Shown: positions 50,787 to 61,321, counted from the first letter of the stretch. The stretch: DNA of 64,000 nucleotides from an uncultured archaeon (GCA_963799775.1 CAWCYD010000003.1:1568001-1632000); one strand, 5' to 3'. Program-made: numbers and translations. The notes: generated by a model from the sequence alone, not told the origin.

Positions 50787-51752
50787 TCATCCGCCGACCA
50801 AGCCGACGCCCGGCGGTCGCTGCACAACCGGTCCGTCGGTCCTTTCAAGATCGTCGAAGAGGTTGAGCAGCATCCTTCCCATGGGTGTCACCTCGTAGAG
50901 CCTGACCGTCCCGTAGGCCGACTGCTCCCTGACGAAGCCGTACTTGTTGAGCGTCTGCATGTGCCTGTCCACGGTCTTCCAGTCGACCCCCAGTTCCTCT
51001 GCCAATTGGAGCCTGTCCTTGGGGGTGCTCAGCGTGTTGAGGAGCCTGATCCTGGTGGCCCCGCCCTTCATCTTCATGAAGAGCTCGAAGACGTCCGACC
51101 CGAACCCCATCTCGCTGTATCGCGCCCTCACCCGGCCCCTCCAGACCCAGGCCCCGCCCACGAGGACCCACGTCACGGGGGCCACGAAGAGCGAGGCGGA
51201 TTGCACCTCCCTCAAGAGCGATGCGCCTTCGGTGGTTGAGATGGCGGCGAGAGCAGCCGAGTTCTGGGAACTGGTGGTCGCGCCGCCGAAAGTGTAGCCG
51301 GCCCCGCCGGTAGAGGTCGAGACGGCTCCTGCTGCGGAGGAAGCTGTGACCGTCGTTACCGGCCCCGCCGGGGCGTTTACAACAGCGGTGGTCGTGGATG
51401 TGGAGGTAATCGTTGACGTCGCAGTTGTCGTGATACTCGAGGTCACGACGGTCGTGGTTGACTCGGTAGCTGGGCTGGACACTGTGCTCGATAGAGCAGA
51501 GGAACCCCCGGCCGACTGCCCGGCGGCGGTCGAGGTCGCTGTCGAGACCGAAGAGCTTGCTTTGGTCGATGAAGCCTGCGCCGCGGCTGAGGATGAGATG
51601 CTTGAGGACGATGTGGGCGCTTCGGAATTCGAGGCCGCGGAATTCAGTGCCGGGACGGCGGATTGAGAAGTGACAAGACCCCACCCTGCCAGTAATGAGG
51701 TCCCTGCCGCAACGAATAGCAAAGCGGCGAAGGCGGCCGCAAACTTGTTCAA
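50787..51752 (-). CDS. Membrane-tethered regulator: N-term TM, extracellular S/T-rich region, second TM, cytoplasmic ArsR-like wHTH
   Basis: GGATRIRLL...DRLQLAEELGVDWKTVDRHMQTL...GFV...LYEVT. Confidence 0.8.
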   Translation of the reverse strand: MNKFAAAFAALLFVAAGTSLLAGWGLVTSQSAVPALNSAASNSEAPTSSSSISSSAAAQASSTKASSSVSTATSTAAGQSAGGSSALSSTVSSPATESTTTVVTSSITTTATSTITSTSTTTAVVNAPAGPVTTVTASSAAGAVSTSTGGAGYTFGGATTSSQNSAALAAISTTEGASLLREVQSASLFVAPVTWVLVGGAWVWRGRVRARYSEMGFGSDVFELFMKMKGGATRIRLLNTLSTPKDRLQLAEELGVDWKTVDRHMQTLNKYGFVREQSAYGTVRLYEVTPMGRMLLNLFDDLERTDGPVVQRPPGVGLVGG

Positions 51753-51796
51753 TCTAACAGCAGATAGGAAAAAATCGCCTGGTCACCATAAATAGT

Positions 51797-51818
51797 TTTG
51801 TCCGAACGTTCGGACAAA
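51797..51818. promoter_or_regulatory. Perfect 22-bp palindrome TTTGTCCGAACGTTCGGACAAA in divergent promoter
   Basis: Direct reading; half-sites recur at 43579, 47791, 49399, 55805 next to TATA-like sequences. Confidence 0.75.
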
Positions 51819-51851
51819 CCCTCATCTCGACACAGGTCGCTATTGCCGGTC

Positions 51852-53172
51852 ATGCGTTCGAGAAGGGCACTTGCCGTCATCGTATTGCTGCTTGTCGTCG
51901 TCGGGGGAGGAGTAGTAGTGGGTCTGACCGGGGCGCCGAATGCCTTGCGGGCAGGGTCGATGTTGAACGCACCCTCCACACAGAACATCGAGGCGGGCCC
52001 GGCCCTCGCGAGCATCGGGACGAGCTTCGGCTTTGGGGCGGTGGCGAGCTCGACTTCGGCCGCAGCCAACGTCCCTATCTCTGCCGGAGCAGTCACCACT
52101 TTGACTACGACCGAGATCGCGTCTTCGACCGTATCCGCGCCCGCGAGCGGCAGCACCATTGCTATTCAGGGCAACTCGCAGGCGTTTTCGACAGGAGCGC
52201 CTCTTACGGCCGCCTCGGCTGAAGCCAACTCGAGCCGCGACATCGAGTTCTTCACCAACGTCACGCTCCAGGCCCCTTCGGCATCGGCTGCCTTCACAAA
52301 GGCGACTGCGATCGCCTACTCGCTCGGGGGATACGTCTCTGACTCCACCGAGAGCAACACCACCGCCCTCGTGGTCATCCGCGTTCCGGCGGCGAGCGAC
52401 CAGGAAGCCCTGGCGCAGGTCGAGGGTCTCGGCACGCGGGTCACCTTGAGCTCCTCGAGCAACGACGTGACCGTGCAGTACACCGACCTGAACGCGACCC
52501 TCCAGTCTCTGCAGGCCGAGCAGAGCTCCCTGCTTACGATCCTCGGCCAGTCGACCAACATCAACTCGACCCTGAACGTAGAGTCGAGGGTCCAGTCCGT
52601 CGACCAGCAGATCAATGCCGTGGAGAGCGAGATCCTGCAGACGAGGACGCTCGTCTCCTACGCCACGATTTCTACGTTCATCGAGGAGAAGGCGCCCGCA
52701 CAGCCGCTCACGATAAAGGTCACGGCGACACCGCGAACCGGTGACGCCCCGCTCAGCGTGACGTTCAACGCTGTGACGAAGGGCGGGGTCCAGCCGTACA
52801 TCGTGAACTACAACTTTGGCGACGGGCACCTCCTACGAGGGGCAGGCGCTCATACACACGTTCCAGCAGGCCGGGCGCTACAACGTGACGGTCACCGCAA
52901 CGGACGCCTCGGCCAACGTCACGGAGGCATGGACGGTGGTCAACGTCTCCCCCGCTCCGGCAGCCTCGGGCTTCGGCGGCTTCCCTAACTTCATAGGAGG
53001 GCTCTTCCTGCAGGTGGTCGAGGGGATCGCGGAGGTCGCGGTGGTCGTGCTCCCGGTCGCGGGCGCCCTCCTGTTGGTGCTCTTCCCCCTCCGGCACAGG
53101 TTGGGGATGTCCTCAGGACGGCCCAGTCACGATGAGGAAAGGAAGGCCGGGGAACCCGACAAGACTTCGTGA
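51852..53172 (+). CDS. DUF4349 + PKD domain membrane protein (frameshift near 52825)
   Basis: VIRVPA...DVTVQYTDL...VSYATI (DUF4349); APLSVTF...NFGDG...HTF..AG.YNVTVTATD (PKD); C-term TM. Confidence 0.8.
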
Positions 53173-53297
53173 CGATATTGTGTTGAGGTGATCTGCGGTC
53201 CGAGACGCGAGCGCCGTGCGTTGCGAAAGCAAAGCGTTACGATAATAACCATCTCTCATATGTCCAGCTATACGATTCCACTCAGGAGGGAAGGACA

Positions 53298-53777
53298 ATG
53301 CAAGCCCGATCCGCGGCGATAGGCGCTATCACGCTAGCGCTCGTGATAGTTTCCTTCGCAGTGGGCCTAGGGTTTGCCGGAGGCCATACTACGACGTTGG
53401 TCCAGTACTCGACGAACATAGTCACGTTCTCAACAACCCAGACGATAACCTATGCCTCCTCCGCCACAGGCCCTAATACCTCAACCACTTTCACAATCAC
53501 CAAAGAAATCATAGTCCAAGACACTTACGTGAACGACATATGCGTCATTACCCCGGGGGGACTCAATGTCGTCTCTTCCAGTTTCCTCGTTCCTCCAGGA
53601 CTTGGTAATGGTCCTTCGCCAGTGACAGTAACCACCACGACAATCACTCAGCCCGAAGCTGTCACGCTATACGAAAACGCGACGATATATTCGAACACCA
53701 GCTTCGTTTGCACCTTGATCAACCCCCACTACAACGTTACACAGACGAGTACCAATCCTGATTGCTTCTGTGCTTAG
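53298..53777 (+). CDS. Secreted T-rich protein
   Basis: Signal/TM, T-rich, C-terminal CFC. Confidence 0.55.
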   Translation: MQARSAAIGAITLALVIVSFAVGLGFAGGHTTTLVQYSTNIVTFSTTQTITYASSATGPNTSTTFTITKEIIVQDTYVNDICVITPGGLNVVSSSFLVPPGLGNGPSPVTVTTTTITQPEAVTLYENATIYSNTSFVCTLINPHYNVTQTSTNPDCFCA

Positions 53778-54200
53778 GCGAAGTCTAGGCCGACGGCTTC
53801 CGCGCCGCGGTCACCACCCGAGCCTTGGCGACCGGAATGAGACCAAGGAATAGCTTCTGCATCTCAGCGTCTGGATTTGTTCCCAGCAATTCGCCCATGC
53901 GCCCTGTCGAGCAGTTCGTTGGCCCAGCGCTCGAATTCGACCGGGTCTGCCAGCTTCGCCCTGAGAAACTCGATGCTTTCGTTGAGTTCTTGATCAGAGA
54001 TGCGCTTCATCGCTGTTCGACGAAGATAAATGGCGAGGTACGATATAAGCCCCTCAAAGATTCCGGAGTCGTAACATGTCTTGTGCGAAGGGACTCGTCA
54101 TGGTTAGTGTCGCCACAGCGGTTCGTTGCTCCCCAGGGATTCATCTGACGAAATGAAGCGCTTCATCCGCGGTTAGAGATGCGAGACCACAGATCTTCTG

Positions 54201-55793
54201 TCATTGGAAGACGAATTGTGCCGAGATTATGGTTGAGTCCATAAAGTCCGCCGGATTTACCGCGCTGAGGTTTGTCGTCCAGCTGAAGTCGAACGTAGCC
54301 GTCACATTGCCTGTCCGAACAAGTTGGTAGACGAAAGCATCGTGGCACGCAGGACTGTATAGGGTGACGTTCCCGCCTGGCGCCAGGAGGATTGGTGAAG
54401 TGATGCCATAGCAGGCGTAAGATGCGACCTTCTGAAGGCCAGAGTCTTGAGCAAAGGATGCCGACAACCCCCCGCCAGACCCTGACGAAATCAAGACTTG
54501 AGTACTCCCTCTGTTCTCAATCGTTACTAAGAACTTGACATAAGACTGGCCGTCTACTGCTCCGCAACCTTGGCAGACTTCCTGTGTCGCCTGCACAGAA
54601 TCCACCTGCACCTGACTGGTCGAGTTGTAGCTGAATGACGCGCACGTCGTGCTAGACGGGCAGTTGGCGGGCGCGGCGACGTCGACGGTCGTGGCGGTCG
54701 TGTAACTCACTGAGTTCGAATATGTTTCACAGGACTCGATAGGTCCCTCGAGAATGATCGAGAAGTTATAGTTGTTCACTGTGAAACTGCCGGTCGGGTT
54801 GTAGAAGGCCCCGTTGGGCTCGGCCTCGTAGGTGTAGTTCCCGGCGGGCAAAGTGAATACCATTGTCGAGAAGTTAGCGTCGTCCGATGATGCCGCGTAG
54901 CCACCCCCGGTCGGGAGGGTGCTGTTCGCCGGCAGTTGCTGCCGCAGATTGGCCTGAGTGTCGTCCGCCTCGTTTCCCTGAATGCTCAGGCTCCATGGCG
55001 CGGTGTAGACGAGAGGAGAGCATGCTCCCACCTGCCGGAAGGTCACCATGAAGCCTTTCTGTGACGACGTGACACCCGTTGAGACCTGGGAGAGGACGAC
55101 GTGTCCCCACTCGTCTTCCGCCAACACAGTGTAGGTCCCCGACGGGAACCGCTGAAAGGTCCAGGTCTGTCCCGAAGACTTCCAGTATCCGCCAACTGAA
55201 AGGCTCGCGTAAGCCGAGAAGCGGCACTCGCTTGCATAGCAGGGCTCGGCGCCGCTATCCCTGAACGCGTCGAAGAGGAGGTAGGGTATCGGCGCACTAA
55301 CGGTCGGACAGGAGACAGGGGCCGCCGGGTCGTAGATGTCCAGCGCGGCGGCCGAGGAGTAGTTGCTTTTGTCGTAGTATCCCTGGAGGACTGCGTACCG
55401 GATGGGAAGCTGATTGTAGTCCCCGCAGGGAGAGCTGTTGGTGTCCGGAAAGGGCCAGTTGTTCGCCGTGGTCACGTTGTTCACCCTGTTCAGGAGGTTG
55501 GTTTCGTTCGTCGAGATGAAGAGGGCGCCCGTCGAGTTTGTGGAGACAGACAGGCCTAGCGCAAGCCCTAGCGATGTGCTTTGTTGTGAGCTAAGAGCTG
55601 TCGCACTGGAGCTGGCGGAGGTCGAGGAGGAGACAAGACCGGATGAGGGTGTGGGCTTCGTTGACGACGGCTTTGAAAGCATGGCGTAGGCGAAGACTGA
55701 CGCCAGCACGATTACCGCGACAAGCACGACAAGGACGGTCGTCTCCTTGCCGGTAGTCCGGAGTGGTGCCAAGTCCTTTGAAAGCGTAGCCAT
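54201..55793 (-). CDS. Multi-domain secreted/anchored protein with GDEWG-type domain
   Basis: NNVTTANNWP...CP...YTVLAEDEWG followed by two further Cys-containing domains. Confidence 0.7.
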   Translation of the reverse strand: MATLSKDLAPLRTTGKETTVLVVLVAVIVLASVFAYAMLSKPSSTKPTPSSGLVSSSTSASSSATALSSQQSTSLGLALGLSVSTNSTGALFISTNETNLLNRVNNVTTANNWPFPDTNSSPCGDYNQLPIRYAVLQGYYDKSNYSSAAALDIYDPAAPVSCPTVSAPIPYLLFDAFRDSGAEPCYASECRFSAYASLSVGGYWKSSGQTWTFQRFPSGTYTVLAEDEWGHVVLSQVSTGVTSSQKGFMVTFRQVGACSPLVYTAPWSLSIQGNEADDTQANLRQQLPANSTLPTGGGYAASSDDANFSTMVFTLPAGNYTYEAEPNGAFYNPTGSFTVNNYNFSIILEGPIESCETYSNSVSYTTATTVDVAAPANCPSSTTCASFSYNSTSQVQVDSVQATQEVCQGCGAVDGQSYVKFLVTIENRGSTQVLISSGSGGGLSASFAQDSGLQKVASYACYGITSPILLAPGGNVTLYSPACHDAFVYQLVRTGNVTATFDFSWTTNLSAVNPADFMDSTIISAQFVFQ

Positions 55794-55834
55794 TTTTCAT
55801 TAATACTTTTGTCCGAATGACTCTGTAAACAGAC

Positions 55835-57415
55835 TCAATGATTGACGTTGTTTATCCAGATCTGGAACTCATCCATGAAGGTCTGACCGTTGACACTCTC
55901 GTTCAGCGCGACGTTGAACGTCCCCTGGGGAGTGGACGTATTGATGCTCACACATATCTGGAAGTAGTAGGGCTGGTCCGCCTGGATGACGAATGACGAG
56001 TTGACTGGCGTGACTTGGAGCCAGCTCGGGAGACGGACCTCTGTGCCATTCTCGACCAGGGCGACGCCTGTTATCTTCACTGACAGCGTTGCGTTGGAGA
56101 ACGAGCCTGGGGTCGGGTCGTAGAGGCCTCCCCCGACGGCATAATTGGTCTGGTTGGTCTCGGTACTCGGAGTCACTCCCTGGCTGAAAATTACCCCCAA
56201 AGTGTCCGAGGCGAACCCCACCGGACCCGGGGACCTCAGGATGTGCATGCCACCATCCTCAGAGTTCAGAGCGATAAGGCCCTCTCCCATCAGGCCATTG
56301 GTGGAACCAGAAGCGTCGATGAAGAGCGAGGAGTTGAACTGGTACCCCGCATTCGTTGAGACGTCCCCGGCGAGGAGGAGCGTGGCATTGGCGCCTCGGG
56401 GACCGACGTTCTGCAGGTAAGACGGGCTGAACTCCGCCCACACACCGTTGGGCACGTCCGGTGAGCTCAGGTACACGCCGGTCGTCTCGTCGGAGGTGAC
56501 GGTGATTGGGAACTTCTGCTCGCTGATGCCATACTCGTGAGGCCCTGAACTCGAACCGCATACGTAGGAGTAGAGGTTCATCTCTACGTCCGTTGGAGAC
56601 CCTACGGTCACCTTGATGCCCCGCTGAAGCGCCGAAGCATCTCGCACCACGAAGTACACCGCGCCGATGTCGCGGACGGTCCGAAAGTCGAAGATGTAAC
56701 CGCCCGGATGGGCTGAGATCTGTCCGCTGAAACCTCCTCCTGAGAACCCGTTACCTCCAGGGATCGAGACACTCTTGGTCGCTATTTGGAGCGCCCCGGA
56801 CAATACCATGGGTCTAAGGTCGGTCGAGTTGATCTCATCGGGAGTGAAGTAGACCGTGAGGTTCAATTGGTCACTCCGAAGATCGGGACCGCGGAAAGTG
56901 AATTGAAGGGAAGCGTTGTTCGTTAGCTGGAAGCCGAAGAAGTGCTCGTCGAGAATTCCCGTCCAATAGCGCGAATCGTTGTGAAGTATGGATACGTCCT
57001 TCGACATGTTGAAGGTCTGAGGGACACCGACGACGGTAGACTCTGCTGAGCTGCAGCTGGTGCTAGTGCCGTTTGGGTATGACGTTGAGCAAACCTGGTG
57101 ATACATGATCGGGAGTCCCGTGACGTTGAGAAGAGTATCAGCATCCTCGCTCACTGCTGGAGTGGAGGTAGATGTGGAACTCGAGGCGCTGGTGTTGGAG
57201 GTGGTTGTCGAGGGTGTGGAATTCGCGCTCGAGGTCGGAGGCGCAGATGACGAGGTGGTGCTTGATGTAGAGCCACTCGATGCCGATGATTGGGTCGATG
57301 ATGTCGACCCGCCGCCAGAATTGGCCTGAAATTCCAGGGGCAGAGATACGAGAAGCAACACCGCCGCGATTGTTGCAACCTGTGCGGCCACGAAGGACGC
57401 TTCCTTCTTCCTCAT
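55835..57415 (-). CDS. Secreted/anchored protein, paralog of 40781..42359
   Basis: Leader MRKKEASF..LVSLP, S/T linker, long shared blocks with 40.8-42.4 kb gene. Confidence 0.75.
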   Translation of the reverse strand: MRKKEASFVAAQVATIAAVLLLVSLPLEFQANSGGGSTSSTQSSASSGSTSSTTSSSAPPTSSANSTPSTTTSNTSASSSTSTSTPAVSEDADTLLNVTGLPIMYHQVCSTSYPNGTSTSCSSAESTVVGVPQTFNMSKDVSILHNDSRYWTGILDEHFFGFQLTNNASLQFTFRGPDLRSDQLNLTVYFTPDEINSTDLRPMVLSGALQIATKSVSIPGGNGFSGGGFSGQISAHPGGYIFDFRTVRDIGAVYFVVRDASALQRGIKVTVGSPTDVEMNLYSYVCGSSSGPHEYGISEQKFPITVTSDETTGVYLSSPDVPNGVWAEFSPSYLQNVGPRGANATLLLAGDVSTNAGYQFNSSLFIDASGSTNGLMGEGLIALNSEDGGMHILRSPGPVGFASDTLGVIFSQGVTPSTETNQTNYAVGGGLYDPTPGSFSNATLSVKITGVALVENGTEVRLPSWLQVTPVNSSFVIQADQPYYFQICVSINTSTPQGTFNVALNESVNGQTFMDEFQIWINNVNH

Positions 57416-57504
57416 CGAGGGTCGAGGATTTGGCCCTCAGGTCACTTTTATCCCGTGTGGATGGCGGAGATGGGTACCTAACAAGCTCGTAGTCTACATT
57501 ATTT

Positions 57505-58722
57505 TCATTGATTCAAGTCGAAACTCATGGCGAACGATGTAGAGTTGACCAAGAAACAATACCCATAGGGGGATTCTATGTCGTCGCCCTTCACACTGAA
57601 CATGCAGTTGGCATGGCCGGGCTCGCTAGGTTGATCCGCATACGGGTACCACACGGTTATTGTGTAGCTCGTCAGCGGTGAGCCCACGTCTCCCAGTCCA
57701 GAGGGGACTTGTGTTGTGCAGCCGGTCGAAGTCGCGGCCTCCGCAGCGCAGTTGAAAATGAATGCCTGGGAAAAATCTGAAGTTTCGCACGGAGCAGGGT
57801 TAAGGTTCTCAGCGCAGGCTCCCACTGATGCTAGAAAGCTCCCCACTCTCGGGAGATTGCTGGAAGGAGCTACCACAAATTCCAATGTCACAACCTGACC
57901 CCACTCGTCCCCTGCAACCAGAGTGTATCTGGCGGGTAGAGAGGAATCGAGAGAGTTGTAAAATCCGGTGCCATTGGCAGCATAGATAGTAGCCTCGGCC
58001 TCGATTTCGCCAGGAAAGACTCCCTTGGCGAACTCCTGCGGAGTCGAGCCGGTAGGAAGAACGTAGTAACCCGAGAAATTTTCCTTGGCATTTCCGAGAT
58101 TGGCTTCGGTCATGAGGGGCAATGCGTAGCTCGTGATGTTGTGGAGCACAAAGATTTGCGTGCCGATAAACACGTTCGAAACGGGGCACTCTATCGCCGC
58201 CCAAGCTTGAACCGGTTCACCTGCACTGGTCAGGTTGTTGAGCCCGAATGAGCCTCTGAAGACAGCGAAGCCAACCGGGGAGAAAAGATCGTCGGCGTCG
58301 TGGTTTGGATCGCAGGGCCCTGAGGACAGCCCTTGAATCGCAAAGCGGTCGGTTGCTGTCAGATTATTCACGTTCGGCTCGGTGTTCAAAATTGAAGCGT
58401 TCATGCTAATGGCATCCTGGCTGGGTATCATCGTCGAGTTTACCGAAAGAATGAGTTTTAGGCCGAGCGTCGAGTTGGTTGTTTCCGAAGTCAACGTGGA
58501 ACCGCCTCCGGCACTAGCCAGAGTCTGGGTGGAATCAGAGACCGTTGTATGCAAGCCGTTGCCAGAAGACTGCGAGGCTGCTGATTGATTAGTTGACTCG
58601 CCCGGTGATAGTAAAGGCAGCGAAACTAGCACCAAGACCCCTATCATGATGGCCGCTAGCGCCACCGCGAATCCAGCCTGACTCGTCCTCATCTGGCGTC
58701 GCATCTTGGACACCAAGGTCAC
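57505..58722 (-). CDS. Secreted/anchored GDEWG-domain protein with C-terminal FNCAA module
   Basis: QAGFAVALAAIMIG leader; YTLVAGDEWG; FNCAAEAATSTGC...TVWYPY. Confidence 0.7.
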   Translation of the reverse strand: MTLVSKMRRQMRTSQAGFAVALAAIMIGVLVLVSLPLLSPGESTNQSAASQSSGNGLHTTVSDSTQTLASAGGGSTLTSETTNSTLGLKLILSVNSTMIPSQDAISMNASILNTEPNVNNLTATDRFAIQGLSSGPCDPNHDADDLFSPVGFAVFRGSFGLNNLTSAGEPVQAWAAIECPVSNVFIGTQIFVLHNITSYALPLMTEANLGNAKENFSGYYVLPTGSTPQEFAKGVFPGEIEAEATIYAANGTGFYNSLDSSLPARYTLVAGDEWGQVVTLEFVVAPSSNLPRVGSFLASVGACAENLNPAPCETSDFSQAFIFNCAAEAATSTGCTTQVPSGLGDVGSPLTSYTITVWYPYADQPSEPGHANCMFSVKGDDIESPYGYCFLVNSTSFAMSFDLNQ

Positions 58723-58741
58723 TCTTATCCCGTGTGGAAGT

Positions 58742-59968
58742 TCAAACGCAAGGGCCAGAGATCGTCTGAAGTTTTCCCGATATGCTCACTGGAAAATCGG
58801 TCGCGAGGCCAGCGCCCAACTGCTGATAGCCATGGACGTCGACGTACACGAAGACCTGGAGCGCTGTGTAGTTTGCAATCGGACCGGAGATGAGCAAGGA
58901 CACGCTATAGGTAGAGTTGGAGTCCGTCCCGAGATTCAGGACCGGGGCGCTCGTAATCATGTAGCCTGTCGGAAGCTTTGCGAAGGAGGTGGGAACCATT
59001 GTGCCCAAAGCGGTCTCATTGCTGCCATCCCAAGAGCAGGAATCATTCAAAGTATACCATTGTGGGTTGCCGTATGTTACGCGAACGTCGCTGTTGTTGA
59101 CATCGAGGCCTATCGTCAGCGGATAGGCGAAGCTCTGGACGTTCATCCTGAATGTGACGTTCTCTGCGCCCTGCGATGTCGCGAAGCTGGAGACCGATAT
59201 TCCTGAGATGTCGACCTTGGGGTTGGGGATGGTTCTCGTCTCGTTCGTCAGATATGCGACGTTCGCTCCTGTATAGCCGACTATCTTGGAGAAGATGGCA
59301 GGGCCACTGCTAATGCATGAGTTCCAGAACCCAGGGAAGTCACCGGATCCAATCATCGTCGTATTGGCGTCTTTGATGACAGCGAAGGGCACATACACAC
59401 ACCCGCCAATCATCTCAAGCCTGTAGAAGCCATAAGCTGTGGCATTGGGTCCGGCCTGAACTTTGTAGTCGACCACCACCGATTGTCCCCCCGATATCGA
59501 GAGGTTCGCAGGAGAAGTGGTGACCTTCAGGTAGGGCGAGACCAATGGAGTCCCGTCGGTGGTCCACAGGAAGCCTTGCCCGCCTGGAGAACCTTGGAGA
59601 TCTGTTGCCCTGTACACCACGCAGACATCCATGATTGAGTTGGGTTTCATGACTAGAACGGGAGCGACCTGGTCATCGATTACGGTGCCATTTGCGAGAG
59701 TTGTCTGATTATCGGAGGATTGCGGGAAAGTATCAGCGCAAGGCATCGACGAGTTCGCGAGGCCGGTCTGGTTGGTGCCTCTCGAGGTTGATGATGGTGA
59801 TGAACTACTTGGCCCATTTGACGAGGTTCCAATCGACGAACTCGAGTTCGTATTAGACTGGACGGTGATTTCGTTTCCTGGCGATTGGAGTGGTAGAGAA
59901 ACGAGTATCAAGACCCCTATCATGATTGCCGCTAGCGCTACGGCAAACCCTCCCTCCTTTCTTCTCAT
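58742..59968 (-). CDS. Secreted/anchored protein related to 42714..43442
   Basis: MRRKEGGFAVALAAIMIG leader; TTLANGTV..PVLVM..CVVY. Confidence 0.7.
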   Translation of the reverse strand: MRRKEGGFAVALAAIMIGVLILVSLPLQSPGNEITVQSNTNSSSSIGTSSNGPSSSSPSSTSRGTNQTGLANSSMPCADTFPQSSDNQTTLANGTVIDDQVAPVLVMKPNSIMDVCVVYRATDLQGSPGGQGFLWTTDGTPLVSPYLKVTTSPANLSISGGQSVVVDYKVQAGPNATAYGFYRLEMIGGCVYVPFAVIKDANTTMIGSGDFPGFWNSCISSGPAIFSKIVGYTGANVAYLTNETRTIPNPKVDISGISVSSFATSQGAENVTFRMNVQSFAYPLTIGLDVNNSDVRVTYGNPQWYTLNDSCSWDGSNETALGTMVPTSFAKLPTGYMITSAPVLNLGTDSNSTYSVSLLISGPIANYTALQVFVYVDVHGYQQLGAGLATDFPVSISGKLQTISGPCV

Positions 59969-60036
59969 CTGGCGTCGAGTCGTTAAGGCCTCAGGTCCCT
60001 ATTATCCGATATGAATGGCCATGAGTCCTATCTTAG

Positions 60037-61203
60037 TTAGCGGTCGTATGCCACGGAGGTTGAATTCGACATGGCTATGCCAGCGGGGCTGGTCACGAAG
60101 ATGGAGACAGTGTAGTTACCCGGGCCAAAATCAAACCAGACAGGAAGATATGCTGAGCCAGTCTGCCCTGCATCCAGCCTCATCGTCACCACCACGTAGC
60201 CCACGGTCTGCCCGAGTTGGTTGTGGACAACCGAATACACCAGTCCAGTCGATGCGACGGCAAGGTTGTTGGCATACGTGACATTCAGATCGCCTCCAAT
60301 CTGGGCAAGCACCGGTTTGGTCGTCAGCGCCCAATCTGCACTTCCAAAGTCGCAGCTGTAGCATGGCGTCGAGCACGAAGTCGAAGATGACGATGACGAG
60401 GCCCCCGCTGGACCGGGCAGGTAAGTAAAGGTCGTCGAGGCATTGTAAAGTTGTCCTGAAATGACCGCGGACGCGGCGATGGTATAGGTTCCGGCATACC
60501 AACCGCAACTGAGGCCGGATGGGTCGATTGTGTACAGGTATCTTCCGGTGACACTATCCAGTGGAGTTGACGCGTTCGTCATGAGCCCTCCGCTGAAATT
60601 CTTGACTATGATCGTGACGTTGGTTGCGGTCGCGGGCACGGGGCTGATGTTCCCACCGGCGGTGATTGGGTTCGTGGCGTCTGTCGTAGCCTTGTTCGTG
60701 GAAATCGTCATGGAATAGTGCGTGCCAGCGGAAATCGTCGTTGATGTCGTTGTAGTGGATTCTGTGCATGTGTATCCTCCGCCTCCGGCGGCGGGGACGA
60801 TGTACTCGAAGGCTGCGTCCGCACTGGCTCCTCCCCCGGAACTTTGCCAGAAGGCCGAGACCTGATAGTTACCCGTGAACCAATCCATGTACGGGCAACC
60901 AGCGATGAAGACTGCAGAGAAGTCGCCGGTTGTGGAATCTACGGGCACTGATGCCCATGTGATGCCGTGGTCCGCGGGATTTGTTATCCAGATGGTCGCG
61001 TTGGACTGGAACGCAGGTGGTGGAGAAATGGCCCCCGTGACTGTAATTGGGTTCTTCCCCTGGTACTGAGCTTGGTCAGTTTGAATCGACATCGAAGATA
61101 CGGAGCTGCCCGACGCAGGAATGGTGAAGCCGGCGAGTAAAGCCAGTCCGATACAAATCGCGAGCGTCACAACTCCTGCAAGGACTGTCCGACGCTCTTT
61201 CAC
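60037..61203 (-). CDS. Secreted protein with tandem Ig-like repeats
   Basis: Two repeats of TD/NK..Y...NPIT..G.ISP.P...VTI.....G.Y plus C-term PGNYTVSIF domain. Confidence 0.7.
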   Translation of the reverse strand: MKERRTVLAGVVTLAICIGLALLAGFTIPASGSSVSSMSIQTDQAQYQGKNPITVTGAISPPPAFQSNATIWITNPADHGITWASVPVDSTTGDFSAVFIAGCPYMDWFTGNYQVSAFWQSSGGGASADAAFEYIVPAAGGGGYTCTESTTTTSTTISAGTHYSMTISTNKATTDATNPITAGGNISPVPATATNVTIIVKNFSGGLMTNASTPLDSVTGRYLYTIDPSGLSCGWYAGTYTIAASAVISGQLYNASTTFTYLPGPAGASSSSSSTSCSTPCYSCDFGSADWALTTKPVLAQIGGDLNVTYANNLAVASTGLVYSVVHNQLGQTVGYVVVTMRLDAGQTGSAYLPVWFDFGPGNYTVSIFVTSPAGIAMSNSTSVAYDR

Positions 61204-61321
61204 GAGATGATTTGTGGGAAGAGAAATTTATCACTTCTGGAACGTGACCAAAGAGCTGCAGAAACCGCTATCTAACAATCTTGCAGTATCGATATATGAA
61301 ATCCAGTTTGCTTCGACTAGA

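Noticed and set aside
200-53000. About 20 frameshifts (nrdJ, atpI, mbf1, hflX, nirK, VOC, DUF190, surface proteins) as pseudogenes or programmed frameshifting
   Set aside because: They hit essential genes, are single-base, lack shared slippery motifs and come without in-frame stops; best explained by long-read indel errors
40781-57415. Diversity-generating retroelement TR/VR pair between the two paralogous surface genes
   Set aside because: Differences span the whole gene and are not adenine-specific; no reverse transcriptase in the window
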